Assembly: GCA_965365285.1 (NCBI GenBank)
Contig: CBDUBC010000003.1
Coordinates: 3,461-67,460, forward strand
From: an uncultured bacterium
GTDB taxonomy: Bacteria; Bdellovibrionota; Bacteriovoracia; Bacteriovoracales; Bacteriovoracaceae
Reading direction: 5' to 3'
Length of the DNA stretch: 64,000 nucleotides
Both the position numbers and the translations under genes were made by a program. The notes under the pieces were generated by a model. The model did no database searches and was not told the DNA's origin. It worked only from the letters and a program-made list of their open reading frames with translations. This document shows positions 26,969-36,025 of this stretch, piece by piece (the first letter of the stretch is position 1; each line of letters starts with the position of its first letter).

Positions 26969-29838
26969 TTTTTCTCATTCTCTTAAATGGGTGTTCTCAG
27001 AAAGTCTCTGAAACATCTCCATCTGAAGTCACTTCCTTAAATGAAAACACTGAACTAAAAGAAAGTCTTCTTAAAAGAAAAACTGAAATTGAGTCCATAA
27101 ACATACCTGATAAACTTTCATTAAACTTTGAAGAGCATTCCAATGCATTAAAACAAATTGGAATTCAAAAAAAAGATTGGATGGAACAGAAAGAATCTCT
27201 ACAAAAAGAGGTCATTGAAAAAGGTCAATCGCAGGAAAAAAGTCTAAATTCAATAAGAGATCAGCTAGAAGAACTCAAAAAGATGTTAGTTGAATCCTCT
27301 GGTTTATTAAAGAAAAACATTTTGGATTCCATTGAAAATAAGAAAAAAGAGCAAGAGCTTGTCATTGAAATCTATAAACTTGATGAAAAGCTCTCAAAAA
27401 AAGAAATCCTAAATAGCGATCATCAAGTAAAAATACTGACTCAGAAGAAAAAGATTCTAGAAATAATTTTTAATTTGAGAAAAGTTTATTATGACAAAAT
27501 TAATAGTTTAATCTCAATTTTTGAAGAAAAGAAGGAGTCTTTACTTCAATTCATAAAACAAAGTTTAAGAGATAATAATTTCAATTCGGTTCTTTATGGA
27601 TATTATCGTTCAGGACTAATCAACAAGGAAAAAGAGCTCCATCAAGATCTCAAAAACTTTAGAGATTTAATTTCTAAAGAAACTCAAGATGAACAGGATC
27701 TTCTTAACGAACTTTTGAACTTCAACATATCCTCTAAAAATGAGATCACTGAATTATCAAATAAGGAAAGGTCTCTAGACATCTTAAAGCTTCAATTCAG
27801 TAAACTGCTGCGAGAAAGGGAAAGGCTATCTTCTGATAATACTCCCACTCCTATACCAATACCTCCATCAACTAATGAGAGTGAAATTCGTGACGAAAGA
27901 AGAGTAGAAGCGATTAGTAGATTCAAAACTGAGGAGGATCCATTATTCCCCTACCAATGGCACCTTTTCAATCAAGGACAAAAAACATTCTCGAGGAGTA
28001 AAGCCTTATATGGAATGGATATTAGGGCCGGAGATATTTATGAAAGAGGGTTCAGCGGTAAAGGAATTAAAATTGCGATAAGTGATACAGGACTCGAGAT
28101 CGACCATGAAGATCTTCGCACCAATATTATCCCAGGTTCACGTAATTATTTTACTGGTAGGAAAGAAAACGATTATATCGATAATCCTACATCAAAGAAA
28201 TCATTTCATGGCACAAGTGTTGCTGGTATTATTGCTTCTAGAGGTTGGAATGGTAAAGGCGGAAGAGGGATTGCCCCTTTCGCTGGAATAGCTGGCTTTA
28301 AGTTTATTGGAGGGAGTAATACGATTCATGAACTTGTTCATCAAGCAGAGGGAGACTTTGATGTCTTTAATTTTAGCTACGGTAAGAATCCGTGCTCATT
28401 TTATAAGATTAATAGTCATTTTGAAAAATCCATTCGTAAAAATATGGATAAGCTAAGAGATGGGCTTGGGCCAATTTATGTAAAATCAGCGGGAAATGAA
28501 TTCAAAGATCAGGCACAAAAATGTAACTCAAATTTTAATCACGAGTATTATGGTAACTCTGCTCTTTTAGGAAGTAATTCTTTACCCTATTTTATTGTAG
28601 TCGGTTCAATTAACTCCTCTGGTAAAAAAGCAAGTTATTCCTCACCTGGGCCCAATCTATGGATATCCGCTCCTGGTGGCGAATATGGCTCTATTTATCC
28701 GGCCATACTCACGACTGACTTGTCGAGCTGCGATGAAGGAAGCTCCAAGGCTACTCAATACCCTAAAAACTTATTTGAATACGGCTCATCTCTTAATCGA
28801 AACTGTAGTTATACATCCACGATGAACGGTACTAGCGCCGCTGCCCCTGTCATTTCCGGAGCATCTGCCCTACTACTAGAAGCTAATCCAAAACTCGGGT
28901 GGAGAGACATAAAACATATTCTTGCCTCTACGGCCTGGAAGCCAGATTCACCTAACACGATTTCTCATCCTAACAAGCAAAATCTAAAAAGGCATATTTA
29001 TCAAGATGGTTGGGTTAAAAATAGTGCGGGGTTCTCTTTTCACAACTGGTATGGCTTTGGGGCGCTTGATTTAGAAATGGCCATCAAAATGGCAGAAAAA
29101 TATAAAAGTAATTGGGGCAAACTTGTGCAGACTGAAAATCCCAATTCAAACGAATGGGATTATCAAAGTGGGCACCTTGGACGCTCAATACCAGATGGTT
29201 CCCACCTCGGTGTCTCTCATTCAATAAGAGTAAAACATCGATTATTTGTCGAGGCGATCCAAGTGAAAATTTCAATCGATCACCCCTATACTTCCGATAT
29301 TGGTATTGAGCTTTATTCTCCAAATGGTACAAAAAGTATCCTCATGAATATCAATAGTGGAATTATTAATCGAGGAATTAATGAAGAGATCCTATTGAGT
29401 AATGCTTTTTATGGAGAAGATAGCTATGGTGATTGGACTATAAAAGTTTTGGATGGTTCTAATTCCTACAAGGGAGATTTTATCAAGTGGGAGATTAAGG
29501 TATTTGGACATCCGTTTAAACCTCCAAATTTTTTTGATATTGATTTCAATCCTCAAATTGTCATCAATACTAAAGATTGGGATCAATCTCGCTCCTTCCA
29601 AGCGGAATGGAAGAATTACTCTGAAGGATTACGTTATGAAGTCTCTCTGGGGGAGAGGCCGGGCACATCCGATATTATGTCGTGGTTCAATGCGACCTCT
29701 GAAAATGTAGAAATCAAAATAAAGTATATACTAAAGAAGATTTACTCTAATAAAAATTATTATTTCAATCTTAGAGTTATTGATGATCATGAAAATAAGT
29801 CTCAGATTTTTTCTAAAAAATGGATGCTAAGGAAATGA
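26947..29838 (+). CDS. Kexin/furin-like S8 subtilase lipoprotein with an N-terminal coiled coil and a C-terminal P-domain
   Basis: 963 aa. Lipobox LLNGC, ~290 aa Lys/Glu-rich heptad-like region and a Pro-rich linker. YQWHLFNQG, then D (ISDTGLEIDHEDL), H (HGTSVAG), N (SAGNE), S (GTSAAAPVISG). P-domain-like block IDHPYTSDIGIELYSPNGT. Confidence 0.85.
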   Translation: MFYRLFLLFLILLNGCSQKVSETSPSEVTSLNENTELKESLLKRKTEIESINIPDKLSLNFEEHSNALKQIGIQKKDWMEQKESLQKEVIEKGQSQEKSLNSIRDQLEELKKMLVESSGLLKKNILDSIENKKKEQELVIEIYKLDEKLSKKEILNSDHQVKILTQKKKILEIIFNLRKVYYDKINSLISIFEEKKESLLQFIKQSLRDNNFNSVLYGYYRSGLINKEKELHQDLKNFRDLISKETQDEQDLLNELLNFNISSKNEITELSNKERSLDILKLQFSKLLRERERLSSDNTPTPIPIPPSTNESEIRDERRVEAISRFKTEEDPLFPYQWHLFNQGQKTFSRSKALYGMDIRAGDIYERGFSGKGIKIAISDTGLEIDHEDLRTNIIPGSRNYFTGRKENDYIDNPTSKKSFHGTSVAGIIASRGWNGKGGRGIAPFAGIAGFKFIGGSNTIHELVHQAEGDFDVFNFSYGKNPCSFYKINSHFEKSIRKNMDKLRDGLGPIYVKSAGNEFKDQAQKCNSNFNHEYYGNSALLGSNSLPYFIVVGSINSSGKKASYSSPGPNLWISAPGGEYGSIYPAILTTDLSSCDEGSSKATQYPKNLFEYGSSLNRNCSYTSTMNGTSAAAPVISGASALLLEANPKLGWRDIKHILASTAWKPDSPNTISHPNKQNLKRHIYQDGWVKNSAGFSFHNWYGFGALDLEMAIKMAEKYKSNWGKLVQTENPNSNEWDYQSGHLGRSIPDGSHLGVSHSIRVKHRLFVEAIQVKISIDHPYTSDIGIELYSPNGTKSILMNINSGIINRGINEEILLSNAFYGEDSYGDWTIKVLDGSNSYKGDFIKWEIKVFGHPFKPPNFFDIDFNPQIVINTKDWDQSRSFQAEWKNYSEGLRYEVSLGERPGTSDIMSWFNATSENVEIKIKYILKKIYSNKNYYFNLRVIDDHENKSQIFSKKWMLRK

Positions 29839-30536
29839 AAAAGTATTTAATTGGATTTACTGTTCTTTTAACCATTGGCATTTTTCTTTTTTGGAAAGTG
29901 GAAACGGATTTTTCAAAAGGTTTAGTTCATAAACCTATTGAAGTAAAAAATATTGATATTCAAAAAACTGATTTACCAAAGGTAGATAAGGTGGATTCTT
30001 CGATCATTCCTAGTGCTAAAAAGACTACTTCCTCTCCAAAACTAAAAACTAAGATCAATCTCATCAAGGGTAATTTGAAAATTCAAAACTTTATCAATCA
30101 ATACTTCTCTAATCTAGAGAGAATAGGTCCAAGTAAAAAGAATTTTTTATCTCAAACTCTCAGGGCCGTAGCAAAGAAAAAATTTAATCCAAATATGGGA
30201 AAAATTCTTGAAGAAAGGGCCGGGTTTGTTATTTTCCTTGTTTCTGAATTAAGTATTAAAGAATCCTATACTATTAAGCCTCATTCTTTACCTGTCGTTT
30301 ATGACCAACATAAAAATACTCTTGGTATAGTCACAGGAAATTTGACGTTAGAGTACTCAAAGATCGAAGATCCAAAGAAGCTATCCCGTATTTTAGGAAT
30401 TGACATACTCAAGATCCAAGATGGAGTGATTTTTGGAAGAACAAAATCTCTAGAATCAACTGAAAAGATGCGAAAAGACCCTAGAGTATTATCTCTCGAG
30501 ATAGAAATTATTGATTCTTCTTTTGAACCTAATTAG
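29820..30536 (+). CDS. Membrane-anchored hypothetical protein with an I9-propeptide-like C-terminus
   Basis: 238 aa. The likely start is the MKKYLIG Met at 29835, giving one N-terminal TM. The C-terminal EKMRKDPRVLSLEIEIID resembles subtilase propeptide ends ([11 protein letters not shown]). Overlaps the protease gene end. Confidence 0.5.
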   Translation: MDAKEMKKYLIGFTVLLTIGIFLFWKVETDFSKGLVHKPIEVKNIDIQKTDLPKVDKVDSSIIPSAKKTTSSPKLKTKINLIKGNLKIQNFINQYFSNLERIGPSKKNFLSQTLRAVAKKKFNPNMGKILEERAGFVIFLVSELSIKESYTIKPHSLPVVYDQHKNTLGIVTGNLTLEYSKIEDPKKLSRILGIDILKIQDGVIFGRTKSLESTEKMRKDPRVLSLEIEIIDSSFEPN

Positions 30537-30936
30537 CACCTTTAGATGTGAGCTCTCCAACATACTTTTTATCTTCAATAAGAATATGGTTTCTTAGCCA
30601 ATTTTTTAAAAAGTCCATTACTTCATTAGTAAGACCCGCTTCACCAGCATCAAATTTTTTCTTAAAATCAAGAACCTGCTCAACAAGAAGCGTATGGAGT
30701 CTTCTATGCTCTTTATCATGAGAATACTTATGAAGATCAAATAGTCTTTCCTCAAATTTGAAATGAGAATCCGTGTATTCAACTAACCTCGTAAGGATTT
30801 GACCGATTTCTTCGTTCCCCTTACCTGTAAGCATTGCATCATGAAGTTGATTGATATAGCCAACAAGCTTCTCATGCTGTCCATCGACAGTTTTCATCCC
30901 AATCATGTACTCTGGTCCCCAGTTGATTAGTGCCAT
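30529..30936 (-). CDS. Hemerythrin-like metal-binding protein (bacteriohemerythrin)
   Basis: 135 aa. WGPEYMIGMKTVDGQHEKLV, HFKFEERLF, EHRRLH and the C-terminal NHILIEDKKY fit the hemerythrin His/Asp ligand pattern. Confidence 0.8.
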   Translation of the reverse strand: MALINWGPEYMIGMKTVDGQHEKLVGYINQLHDAMLTGKGNEEIGQILTRLVEYTDSHFKFEERLFDLHKYSHDKEHRRLHTLLVEQVLDFKKKFDAGEAGLTNEVMDFLKNWLRNHILIEDKKYVGELTSKGAN

Positions 30937-31078
30937 TATTAACTCCTTTTAAGGCTCTATTTTACCATCTCCCACCCACTTATAGTTCAAATTTTTAGCG
31001 GATTATATGATCTGGCCCATACTTATTTATATGGATAAAGGATATTTAAAAATAAATTTTATTGTGGAGGAGTAAGAA

Positions 31079-32101
31079 ATGGCAAATCATCTAAAAATGA
31101 AAGGCATAGAGTTCATTGAATTTTCAAGTCAAAGGCAGGAAGATCTGAAAGAGCTCTTTTTTCAATTGGGTTTTTCGATGGTGGCATCTCACCCTTCCAA
31201 AAAGATTCAGCTTTACAAGCAAAATCAAATCAATTTCCTCCTTAATACCGAAGCCGCAACATTTGCGGATAGCTTCCAAAAAAGCCATGGTCCAAGTGTT
31301 TGTTCGATGGCAATAAAGGTTGAAGATGCTGAGTTTGCCTTTCGAACTGCAATTGAAAGGGGTGCAAAACAAGCCCCCAGTGACTATGAGGCCCTTCGAG
31401 CAATTTATGGAATTGGCGATAGCTTGATTTACTTTGTCGATTTTGATTCTTTAGAGCTCTACACGCAATTGGGTATCAGTGATCAGAAAAACCAAAAGTT
31501 GGTCCAAGATAAAGGCTTTACTCTAATTGATCATCTTACTAATAACGTGTTTAGGGGCGAGCTTCAAAAGTGGGGTCAGTTCTATAAAGATATTTTTGGC
31601 TTTGAAGAAATTCGATATTTTAATATCCGTGGGCAAAAAACGGGACTTACCAGTTATGCTCTCCAATCCCCTTGTAAAAGTTTTTGCATTCCTATAAATG
31701 AGGGGAGTGAAAAGAGATCTCAAATCAATGAGTATCTTGAAGAATACAAAGGTGCTGGAATCCAACATATTGCCTTGCTCACAGATAATATTTTAACTTC
31801 TCTCGAATCACTAAAAAAAACTGATATCAAAACGCTAAATATTGATGATGAGTACTACCAAGATATTCTTGATAAAGTTCCAGGAGTCACTGAGAAGCTT
31901 GAGGACCTTAAAAAGTACCAGATCCTTGTAGATGGAGATGAGGAAGGATACCTCCTTCAACTCTTCACAAAAAATGTTATTGGGCCTATCTTTTTTGAAA
32001 TCCTTCAAAGAAAAAATCACAATTCTTTTGGAGAAGGAAATTTTAGTGCTCTGTTTAGGTCCATTGAAAAAGACCAACAAAAAAGAGGATATCTTGAATA
32101 G
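31079..32101 (+). CDS. hppD: 4-hydroxyphenylpyruvate dioxygenase
   Basis: 340 aa with GIQHIAL, FFEILQR and GEGNFSALFRSIEKDQQKRG. Confidence 0.85.
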   Translation: MANHLKMKGIEFIEFSSQRQEDLKELFFQLGFSMVASHPSKKIQLYKQNQINFLLNTEAATFADSFQKSHGPSVCSMAIKVEDAEFAFRTAIERGAKQAPSDYEALRAIYGIGDSLIYFVDFDSLELYTQLGISDQKNQKLVQDKGFTLIDHLTNNVFRGELQKWGQFYKDIFGFEEIRYFNIRGQKTGLTSYALQSPCKSFCIPINEGSEKRSQINEYLEEYKGAGIQHIALLTDNILTSLESLKKTDIKTLNIDDEYYQDILDKVPGVTEKLEDLKKYQILVDGDEEGYLLQLFTKNVIGPIFFEILQRKNHNSFGEGNFSALFRSIEKDQQKRGYLE

Positions 32102-32170
32102 ATATCTATTAAATGTCTAGAATTTAAAAGGGAAATGAAATTTATTGAACTTTAGGGCGTCCTTTGAGTG

Positions 32171-32179
32171 TGCTATAAT
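32171..32179 (+). promoter_or_regulatory. Extended -10 promoter element TGCTATAAT upstream of 32210
   Basis: TGTGCTATAAT lies at 32169..32179, 30 nt before the ATG, with AAGGAGA between. The same 11-mer occurs at 52542..52552 in the same relative position. Confidence 0.35.
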
Positions 32180-32209
32180 ACTATATAGCTCATTAGTTAA
32201 GGAGATTCT

Positions 32210-32674
32210 ATGAACGCTCTACAATTCTACCTAAGAGGGGTTTTATTCATTATTTTTACTTCAAGTGGAATAGGTCACTTCGTTGCAAAAGAATTCTATC
32301 TCAAGCTCGTTCCACCTTATATTCCGTTTGCTGAGGTCGTCGTCACTGTCACAGGAATTCTTGTAATTTTAATGGGAATTGGAATAATCACACCTGGTCT
32401 TAAGAAGTTTACGGCCAAGACGATGGTTGCTTTTACCTTGTGTACAATGCCATCCATTATTTATCTTATTTCCCACACGAGCTTATTCCCTGAAATAAGC
32501 GTGCAAATTTTAGTGATGTCAGTTCCGACTCAACTTTCAATTTTTATATCTTCTTATTGGCTATCTGGAATGCATTCTCCTGTCTACTTCTTTGAAAAAT
32601 GGGCCCATCTCGATGACGACTATGTACAGCGCATTGATGAAGAACGTAAACAAAAAGAGAAACAGGTTAGCTAA
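32210..32674 (+). CDS. Small integral membrane protein, DoxX-like
   Basis: 154 aa with four predicted TM segments and an SGIGHF motif. Strong SD (AAGGAGA). Confidence 0.45.
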   Translation: MNALQFYLRGVLFIIFTSSGIGHFVAKEFYLKLVPPYIPFAEVVVTVTGILVILMGIGIITPGLKKFTAKTMVAFTLCTMPSIIYLISHTSLFPEISVQILVMSVPTQLSIFISSYWLSGMHSPVYFFEKWAHLDDDYVQRIDEERKQKEKQVS

Positions 32675-33291
32675 AGAGGTAGTGGATAGGGCTTCACGTA
32701 TGGCTTTTCTACTTGGCGCTTAACCGACATTAGCGTCTTGTAGGGCCAGCTCTTTTGAACCAAATTCACCACAAAAGAAGGAATCAGACCCTTAGGATCG
32801 GAGTGGATCTCCACTTCAAACTTAGTCATGAATTGTCCAATAGGAGTAATTCTATACATTGAACTCTTTAGATCTGCTCGTACTCCAACAGTTTCTGGAG
32901 CGTCTTTATGCTCAACACTTTGCATACGAACAACGATTGATTTCTTTGACTCATCCACTGTTAAGACACCTCGATATACAAAGTCTCTTTTTGAAAGTGG
33001 CCATGGTAATCCAAAAACTTGATAAACAATATATTCCTTTTCAGATATTCTTTTTAGAATATCTGACTGCTCAAGTCGATCAACCCATTCTAGCCGATGA
33101 TCGTTATCCATAAGCACTGCAAGAACTTTTTCAGGTTGGTTATAGATAATAGTCTCCCCTCTGAAACCAACAATTGGAGAGCCCTTTATAGTCCGACGAT
33201 AGACTTTAATTCCATCTTTTTCATACATAAAATCCCAAGCATTTGCGCTTGTCATAAAAAAACTCAACAGACAAAGAGTGATCATCCTCAT
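32671..33291 (-). CDS. Secreted START-domain lipid-binding protein
   Basis: 206 aa. Signal peptide, then WDFMYEKDGIKVYRR, RLEWVD, PWPLSKRDFVY, VRADL and DPKGLIPSFVVN, which follow the StAR-related transfer domain pattern. Paralog of 48348..49043. Confidence 0.7.
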   Translation of the reverse strand: MRMITLCLLSFFMTSANAWDFMYEKDGIKVYRRTIKGSPIVGFRGETIIYNQPEKVLAVLMDNDHRLEWVDRLEQSDILKRISEKEYIVYQVFGLPWPLSKRDFVYRGVLTVDESKKSIVVRMQSVEHKDAPETVGVRADLKSSMYRITPIGQFMTKFEVEIHSDPKGLIPSFVVNLVQKSWPYKTLMSVKRQVEKPYVKPYPLPL

Positions 33292-33341
33292 AATAAATCT
33301 CCTTTCTTTGATTATTTTATAAAATTTAAGACAAGTCTAAT

Positions 33342-33779
33342 CTAAAGATCAAAACATGTATGGGGTGGCATGACTAAAGTAGACAGAAATTTTAGAATCC
33401 TCTCCGTAAAACGAGTCACGTCTGCAAAATGTAGTCTGTGAACTTTAGCACTCATTAAGCAGATCTTTCGTCCGTCTAAATGAGTGACGGTCGAGCGAAT
33501 ATGGGCCTTTCCTTTCTTTATAGATAAATACTTGCGCAGAGAAAGATCCACAAGTACATCTAGCCTACAGCCCTTGAACTCCAGATTTTTTACTTCTTCA
33601 ATCAGGATGTGAGAGCGTGCTCCCGTTCTAATCACTTTCTGGGCAATTTTCTCATTTAACTCAAGTCTTATATATTCCATACTGGCGTTTCCCAAAGTCT
33701 CAACTGCTGGGCAATTCACATTAGCATGAAGATTAAGACTGACAAATAGGATCAAGATTGTGCTAAGTAGATTTTTCAT
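33342..33779 (-). CDS. Secreted hypothetical protein
   Basis: 145 aa with a signal peptide (ILILFVSLNLHA). No family recognised. Confidence 0.45.
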   Translation of the reverse strand: MKNLLSTILILFVSLNLHANVNCPAVETLGNASMEYIRLELNEKIAQKVIRTGARSHILIEEVKNLEFKGCRLDVLVDLSLRKYLSIKKGKAHIRSTVTHLDGRKICLMSAKVHRLHFADVTRFTERILKFLSTLVMPPHTCFDL

Positions 33780-33859
33780 AAAAACAGCCTAAGTCTGCCC
33801 CTAAAAGTTTGTCAATTGTCCCTATCTAAGCGCGGGATGAAATTCTCCGATACTCTATT

Positions 33860-35140
33860 ATGAACAGATACAAGCAAAGTATTTTGAAATACTCTGAGGC
33901 GCTTATTGAACTCACAAAACCAATCCTAGTGCTCGATTCTATTAAGTGGCGAGGTGACATATTTGAGACATTTAGAAAGAGTAAATTTAGGGAAATGCCA
34001 AAGATACATCCCGATTATTTTAATCAACATCCATTAAAATTCAATCCTGAGAATAAAATCACAGAGCTTCAAGAACTCGGAGAGAAGATCGCTCGTCACT
34101 TTGGTCCCTCAGATCCAATTAATATCATTCTATCTCGACAGGTTAAAGAATATATAACGGCAGTGAAGCTATTGAAGAACAGGGGCAAAAAATCATTTTA
34201 TAAATACAGCTGTAGACTCTATGGAAGTACTTCCTCTCATTTTTTAGATAATAAAAGCTCGGTCTCTCTTTTAGGAGAAACCATGTACCAAGTTCTTAAA
34301 AATCTTGTTATGGCAACGGAACATGAGCCACGAAATATCGAAGCTCACAAAGCTGTTAAAATTCTCTCAAATCGTTTGAAATCCTATTTTCATGGAGATG
34401 ACGTACATGTAAAGCTTTCCGACGGGATTGTTTCCGATGCTGCTGCTGGGAGTAATTATATAAAATTTAAAAAAGGTGCTTACTATTCAGAAAGAGATCT
34501 TTCTATTTATGAGGTTCATGAAGGCCATGTCCATGTTGGAACATCTTTAAATGGAAAAGCACAACCTTATGCTAAGTGGCTTTCAGTGGGCTCTCCTGCG
34601 GTTGCTACCACTCAAGAGGGGCTGGCCCTTTTTATGGAAGTCGTCTCGTTATTATGCACTCCCTACCGACTCAAAAAGGTAAATGATCGAATCAAGGCCA
34701 TTAAAATGGCCGAGGATGGTGCTAATTTTATAGATGTTTTTGATTTTTTTAGGGATCAAGGCTGTGATGAATGGGAGGGATATAAAAGGGCCCATCGAGT
34801 TTTTAGAGGAACGACAGGGCAGGGTGGGGTGCCTTTTACGAAAGACCTCGCCTATGAAAAAGGCTTTATTCAGATTTTTAATTTTTTAAGTGTGTGTGTA
34901 AGCCAAGGTCGACCAGAACTCATTCCTTTTCTTTTTACAGGAAAACTCATCATCAAGGATATCCCCTTAATTTACGAGCTTTATGAAAGAGATATTGTTA
35001 CTTTTCCTAAATATCTACCAGAACCGTTTCGCGATATCAAAGGAATGACGACTTGGTTGAGTTTTTCTAAGTTTTTAAATACCTTAGATCTTAACCGTAT
35101 TGAAAAACAATTAAAAAAAGTGATCAAACTAGGGGCCTAA
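33860..35140 (+). CDS. QEGLA-motif DUF1704 protein (MATCAP-like putative zinc metallopeptidase)
   Basis: 426 aa with an HEGHVH (HExxH) motif followed by TTQEGLALFME, the eponymous QEGLA motif. Confidence 0.75.
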   Translation: MNRYKQSILKYSEALIELTKPILVLDSIKWRGDIFETFRKSKFREMPKIHPDYFNQHPLKFNPENKITELQELGEKIARHFGPSDPINIILSRQVKEYITAVKLLKNRGKKSFYKYSCRLYGSTSSHFLDNKSSVSLLGETMYQVLKNLVMATEHEPRNIEAHKAVKILSNRLKSYFHGDDVHVKLSDGIVSDAAAGSNYIKFKKGAYYSERDLSIYEVHEGHVHVGTSLNGKAQPYAKWLSVGSPAVATTQEGLALFMEVVSLLCTPYRLKKVNDRIKAIKMAEDGANFIDVFDFFRDQGCDEWEGYKRAHRVFRGTTGQGGVPFTKDLAYEKGFIQIFNFLSVCVSQGRPELIPFLFTGKLIIKDIPLIYELYERDIVTFPKYLPEPFRDIKGMTTWLSFSKFLNTLDLNRIEKQLKKVIKLGA

Positions 35141-35158
35141 CAAAAAAAGGAATTTATC

Positions 35159-36025
35159 ATGCTTAGACTTATTTTACTCATTACACTATTTTTCTCGTTT
35201 CCAGCTTTCTCTAACTCTTCAAAAAGAGTTGTAATTTTAGGGTTTGATGGGTTTGGTGGTTATTGGATGAGAAAAAATAAAGACGCAACTCCCTTTATAA
35301 ATTCGCTTTATAAAAAGGGAGTCCATACAACAAAAATGCGCTGTATTCTCCCAACTCTAAGCGGTCCTAATTGGACTGGAATTTTTAGAGGATCTCGACC
35401 AAGTGTTCACGGAGTTCTCGATAATAAGATTCGTCCCTATAGAAAAAAATGGCCATCTACAATTTTTGAGATTTTAAAAAACCAGTATCCCAAAATGAGT
35501 ATGAAGGTTATCGCTGATTGGTATGGTATCATGGATATTTTAAGAGATAATAAATTTCTTCAAAAAGAAAACTCAGACCATAACATTCTAGATGATGCTC
35601 TAAATAAAACTTTAAAGGCAATTAATGAAGGTCATCAAGTTATCTTTACTCATTTTGATTCTACTGATCACGCAGGACATTCCAAGGGGTGGGGATCAAA
35701 AGAATACGTGGAGGCGATGACTTATAATGATAATGTTGTGAAAAGAGTTTATGAACACCTCAAAAAAAATAATCTTCTTGATAAGGTAGACATTATTATT
35801 ACCTCAGACCATGGTGGTGCTGGCAATGGACATAGCGGTTTCATAAAAAGTAATGTCAGAGATGTTCCATTTATTGCCGTTGGTCCTAGCTTTAAAGAGA
35901 ACTATGAAATTAAGCAAGTTTTATTAAGAAACTTTCAAATACCTCATATTATTGCAAAAATCTTTGATGTAAAGACACCAAGAAACTGGTCCACTCAAGG
36001 TGATATTAAAAATATATATCGCTAA
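35159..36025 (+). CDS. Secreted alkaline-phosphatase-superfamily enzyme, nucleotide pyrophosphatase/phosphodiesterase-like
   Basis: 288 aa. Signal peptide, then VVILGFDGFG, PTLSGPNWTGIFRG, DSTDHAGH and TSDHGG metal-ligand blocks. Confidence 0.7.
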   Translation: MLRLILLITLFFSFPAFSNSSKRVVILGFDGFGGYWMRKNKDATPFINSLYKKGVHTTKMRCILPTLSGPNWTGIFRGSRPSVHGVLDNKIRPYRKKWPSTIFEILKNQYPKMSMKVIADWYGIMDILRDNKFLQKENSDHNILDDALNKTLKAINEGHQVIFTHFDSTDHAGHSKGWGSKEYVEAMTYNDNVVKRVYEHLKKNNLLDKVDIIITSDHGGAGNGHSGFIKSNVRDVPFIAVGPSFKENYEIKQVLLRNFQIPHIIAKIFDVKTPRNWSTQGDIKNIYR

